Of a stretch of DNA of 64,000 nt, positions 58,139 through 64,000 are shown in pieces. The number at the start of each line of letters is the position of its first letter. Positions within the stretch are counted from its first letter, which is position 1. A model generated the notes under the pieces. It was not told where the DNA came from. It did no database searches and saw nothing but the letters and a program-made list of their open reading frames with translations. The position numbers were made by a program, and so were the translations under genes. The DNA comes from Eledone cirrhosa (taxonomy: Eukaryota): the NCBI GenBank assembly GCA_964016885.1, contig OZ024753.1, positions 38,874,001 through 38,938,000 of the forward strand, given 5' to 3'.

Positions 58139-59313
58139 CACCGTATATCGATATGATTCTATCACATATATTTATGATAATTACATTACTAAGTGTGCAT
58201 AGAAGAAGAAGAAGAAGAAGAAGAAGAAGAAGAAGAAGAAGAAGAAGAAGAAGAAAAGGGAGAAGAAAAAGAAGGGGACTTACGTTATTGATTAATCGAT
58301 GACAAACAAATGAGAGGAAGCGATGCGTTAATAACAGAGTGATTCGATTTCGATGGAGTAACTTCTTTTGGAAATGTATTCGAGACAAATATAATTTCTT
58401 TCTCGTCCAGTCGTAGTTGTGTATATTTATAGAATAATAAAGTGGTGGAATGGTAGAGTCGTTAGAAGGACAGATAGAATTATTTGAGGTATTCTTTCCA
58501 GCACTTCTCTGAGCACTCTAAGTTCAAATCTAGCCGAATTTAACGGTGAATTTTATCCTAACCAGTAAGCCACGAGTATTCCCTCACTGATTGGTATTAT
58601 GGACCCGTAAAATAAAAAAAAAGGGAAGCCTTGCAGATCCCATCTCGTCTCCAGCTCTGTATACAGCAAATTTCTTCCAGAGAAAGATAGAGAGAGTGAT
58701 AGAATTAAATTTAGAAATAGGGATAGAGGAAACATTGACCCCTAGTTCTGGTAGATACATCTTTTATCGACCTCGAAAGGATAAACTGGTGAAATGGTTG
58801 AATCGTTAGAATTTGAGGTATTCTTTCCAGCGCTTTCTGCTCTCAAGTTCAAATCCCGCCGATTTTAACTGTGAATTTCAAACTTTCGAGGTCGATAAAG
58901 AAATATTAATCCAATACTGTGATCGATTATTTCTCTATATCTCCATTATTACTTCATATCAATCATTCTCTGTCTTTTTCTGGAAAATATCGGCTCTCGT
59001 TTAGACCGAGAGAGGAAAGCTTTTAAAATGCTAGGTTTAACACGTTTAAGATTCGTTGTATTTCACTAAGGAGCTCTGAGGAGAAAACTTGCACATAGAT
59101 GCCTATACACATATATAGAATAATTACTCGTACAACGGAAAAAGATACGAAACACAGGACAGTTCCTTCTCATCAGTCGAACAACGGAGATGTTCGTGGT
59201 TTCGGCAATATACTCGCGTATACACATTCACAAACACACACACACACACATATATATATATAATATATATTGATTCACACAAACAAATGTTAACCGTACA
59301 TATCTTCGTATAA

Positions 59314-59346
<33 letters not shown>

Positions 59347-59362
59347 TACACACATATATATG

Positions 59363-59443
<81 letters not shown>

Positions 59444-59445
<2 letters not shown>

Positions 59446-59645
59446 CAAAGAAGGTGTGGTAAGATACCAGGTGGACCATAACGCACCCGAGTACTGAATA
59501 CTTAGGGTAGTAGAGTGGGTAATAAGAAAAGAGCCAGGACCTCGACGGGTGAGCTTCGGCCGTTTCAACAGCAAGATCCGAACTAGCTGTCGCAACGGCC
59601 GGAGCTCAGACGTCGGGGTTCTGACTATTTTCCTAGTGTTCTTAT
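59444..59645 (-). mobile_element. Diverged third copy of the palindromic element
   Basis: Minus strand carries the tail TTACCCACTCTACTACCCTAAGTATTCAGTAC..TTATGGTCCACCTGG and an imperfect palindrome. TA-flanked. Further fragments at 21281-21350 and 53316-53452. Confidence 0.55.
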
Positions 59646-59650
59646 ATATT

Positions 59651-59704
<54 letters not shown>

Positions 59705-59745
59705 TTATCGAGCCCTCTTTGGATTTTAGTATTCACTTTTATTAT

Positions 59746-60032
<287 letters not shown>

Positions 60033-60149
60033 AGCACCCCAAACACTTAAATTGGGTTTATATTAAAATATAACCTAATGTTTGTTGAGTGAGATGGTTA
60101 CCAGTCAGAGATTAGCTTTAAACTATCTCTGTTATTGTATTAATATTAT

Positions 60150-60204
<55 letters not shown>

Positions 60205-60946
60205 ATACATGCATACATATAACTAAATTAGATTGTATCTGTACAGATATCATCTATCGTAATAACCTTATATCTCATACATATAAGTAGCCCGGCAGAA
60301 GTAGCAACGTTAACTTCACACAAGGAATAAAAAAAAAAACATCGAGAAACTGACGCTTTTTACTGGAGTTCTGATTTATATGAAACGTCGTAACTTTTAT
60401 TAGCGAAACACACGATAAGTTCATACGTTCATAGAGAAATCACTATGGAAGGTCAACGTAACCATAAGAGTAGCTTTAGCTTTTGCTCCCGATAAAATAT
60501 TTGAAATAAATCCGAGAGAAAAGGAAAGAATAGGTAGGGAGGTTTTTGTTTTGTTCTGTTGTGTTTTGGTTTGAACAGTTCACTGTACATCTACATCAGT
60601 CACCGACGTCAAGATAAAGTATCTGTGATCTAAGGTCTCGGGCCTAAACCACCATGCTCACTGGAGCGAAGGATTATTAATCTAGGTTAAGAAGCAATTA
60701 AAAAGTAAAACGTAAAAACAGAAAAGAAAAAAAGGTAAAATAGAAAGTTTGAAGGAAGGAAAAGGTAAAGAAAATAAGATTGAAATGATAAAAAAGCTAC
60801 AAAGAAATATGTATGTATATATGTATATGTATGTATGCATATATATTTATATATGTATGTGTATATGTATGTGTGTATATATGTATGTATGTATGTATAT
60901 ATATTTGTATGTGTGTATGTTCGTCTGTCTTATTGTCTGCTTGTAC

Positions 60947-60992
<46 letters not shown>

Positions 60993-61025
60993 ATTTATGT
61001 AGTTAGTAGGCATCTTTGTATGTAC

Positions 61026-61095
<70 letters not shown>

Positions 61096-61247
61096 ATTTA
61101 TGTAGTTAGTAGGCATCTTTGTATGTACGAATATATATATATATATATTTATATATACACACACACATATATATATATATATATACACATATATATATAC
61201 ACATATATATATATATACACACACATATATATATATACATACATATG

Positions 61248-61297
<50 letters not shown>

Positions 61298-61308
61298 AGG
61301 TAAAATAC

Positions 61309-61341
<33 letters not shown>

Positions 61342-61897
61342 TACACACACACATATATATATATACACACATATATATATATATACACACATATATATAT
61401 ATATATATATATCCCGTAAGAATGCGGTGTACAGCGGTTGATTTGTCGTGTTGGCCGTGTTTGTCGTGATTGTACTTTTGTAGCTGACTTTTGTATAGCT
61501 GTCAGTGGGTGGTCAGTGTAAAGTCTTTTATTTTAGCTATTGTTATCATATATTTCCTGTGGTAACGATAAAAGATATTTGATGTCATTCACGCGTTTTT
61601 GTGTGTTCTATATTTTATGTCACGGAGTAGCTTGCAATGAATTGATTGATGTTACCGTTGTTGATGATGGCGTGTGTTTCATGAAAGTGAATGAACAGTC
61701 TAGCATATCTATATCTATCTATGTATCTATCTCTCTGTCTCTCTCTCTGTCTACACACACACATATATCTATATACATATGTCTATATACACTCACATAA
61801 ATATCTTCATATATATATATATATATATACATATAAATACAAACAGAACCTCACACACACGCACAAACATATATCTATTTCTATATCTATCTATGTA

Positions 61898-61981
<84 letters not shown>

Positions 61982-62986
61982 TGGAGGTTTATTGCATCAT
62001 ATGGGAGCCGGATGGGGATATTAACGATGAATGTTTAAAAATTACAACAAAAAGAAGACAAAAACTCAAATGTAATATTTAACATTGATATTATAATATA
62101 CTCGTATATAATGTTCTATGGTTCACCGGACATTAGTATGAAGTCTCAATCTTTGAAAGAAAATGTATCTAGTTTGAACTGATATACTTTATAAAGTTTT
62201 AAATCTTTAAATCTTAAAATAATTTTATTCTCTCACCAAACCACCGAAACACATATATGTGGATATGCGATACAATTTATGTTCCTGTTATATTTATCGC
62301 ATATAGAAGTTTTCTGGCCATTTTAGAGTGCAACTAAATTGTCCAAATTTGCTCCCCATGCTCCCCATACTCCTAAGTCACAAATGCTTTCACCGCCCAA
62401 TGTATTTAATGTAATAGTATTATCTATTAAGTAACAATCTTATGAACGATGTGGTGTTAGCTTTTCTATTCCGTGTCTGTGCTACTGTTAGATACATCTC
62501 GTCTGGTTTATACAAGATATATTCAAATTATAACTAAGTTAATGAAACCCATATTAGAGGAATACCTGCAATTATAAAACTCTGCGACAAACTCGATAAA
62601 ACATCCCGATAGCTTTTGTAGTCTCGTGTGACAACTATTAATTCAGCATCTTGCTGAGTGCAGAATTATGAGCCGACAAATGAAATACGATTTTGATAAC
62701 TTACGTTCTTATACAATATTTAAGCGACCAGTTATGCTTAAACATGGCGGATACCGAACGAGATTCTCGTCATTACACTGACAGTAATAACTTGTGTGTG
62801 TGACAGCAGCAGTTGAAATACTCACATTATTATCAAATCAATCGTAGTTCTTTAATATATGGCTAGACAGTAAAATCAGTCTGACTATCAAGAATGATAA
62901 TGCTGTTATATATCTTATTAATCTATATACATGTCGGTGTCTCTCTTATATAAACATGTACATACATATATACGCGTGTGTGTGTG

Positions 62987-63063
<77 letters not shown>

Positions 63064-63153
63064 TCATTTACAGACAATATAATTCCATATACTAAAAGAG
63101 ACCTGTCTCATTCATATATATATAAGTATCGAAGCTACATTAAATATCCATAG

Positions 63154-63205
63154 TGTTGTCTTCATGTGCCTTTGTCACATATATATATTTGCGCCATCTT
63201 GGTGG

Positions 63206-63263
<58 letters not shown>

Positions 63264-63309
63264 CCACCAAGATAGCACAAATATATATATGTGACAAAGG
63301 CACATGGAG

Positions 63310-63315
<6 letters not shown>
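63154..63315. repeat. Inverted repeat (about 57-bp arms) enclosing a (TA)n tract
   Basis: TGTTGTCTTCATGTGCCTTTGTCAC..CTTGGTGGTATTTA-(TA)n-TAAATACCACCAAG..GTGACAAAGGCACATGGAGACAACA, with about 3 mismatches. Confidence 0.75.
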
Positions 63316-63348
<33 letters not shown>

Positions 63349-64000
63349 ACATCTATCTCTCTCTCTATATATATATGTATACATATATCTATCTATCTAT
63401 CTGTCTCGATATATTGTATAAGGTATAACCGCCCTTGAAAAATGAAATTAATCTTCACAGGAGCACCACAATTAGTCTCCGTTGTATCAGATTGATTGTA
63501 TGATCAGAGAGAGTAGTAACAAATCCGGAGACATACGCATTATCTATTGAAATTTAGTGGTACCGGACAAGCATACAATTGGCAATTTTAATCGAAAGGG
63601 CCCATGAAACTTTACACACATATATTCTATCTGATATGACGAAAATATAAGTGTGTTTGTTTGTTAGTATGATTGAATGCGGATGTATTTCTCTTTGTAT
63701 GAATGTATGTGTCTCTGTGTGTAATTAGAACTAAATTTATCAGTGTATTTATATACCTGACTACACAGCTTTCCACTTCTTCATCTCACAAACAACAAAA
63801 TATTAATCTCTACACAAAGAAAGTCAAGAGAAGAAATGCGAATGGGTATTAAATTCGTATATAATAAAAACAACATAGAAAACAATGACTCTCCTCTGAC
63901 AAACAACAACAACAAAAAATATAGACCATGTTAAGTCAGAACAACATCAACAAGAATTAATATATGACCCAATCATCCCCACCCGAGCAAAACTAAAAGG

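Noticed and set aside
59150-59215. CTGATGAG with a nearby hairpin and GAAAC on the minus strand
   Set aside because: No NUH or stem III in register and no stem II closing onto GAAA.

Overview
AT-rich, microsatellite-saturated eukaryotic non-coding DNA. The SINE repertoire and the (TA)n/(GA)n/(GT)n load resemble an octopus/cephalopod genome (inference from memory, no search run). No convincing protein-coding gene is present: nearly all long ORFs are read-throughs of simple repeats. The window holds about 20 copies of one tRNA-derived SINE, about 8 copies of a second SINE, a Tc2-like MITE, a Charlie-like hAT MITE with an 8-bp TSD, an RTE-like LINE 3' fragment and several minisatellites. The main finding is a set of short, mutually diverged elements sitting in (TA)n arrays. 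They carry type I hammerhead ribozyme motifs (CUGANGA-stem II-GAAA-stem III-NUH closed by stem I; six complete motifs at five loci plus decayed copies, with compensatory stem I changes), fold-back palindromes and a shared ACTC..GAGT 3' hairpin. This fits microsatellite-targeting Penelope-like/retrozyme-like retroelements; no RT ORF is in the window.
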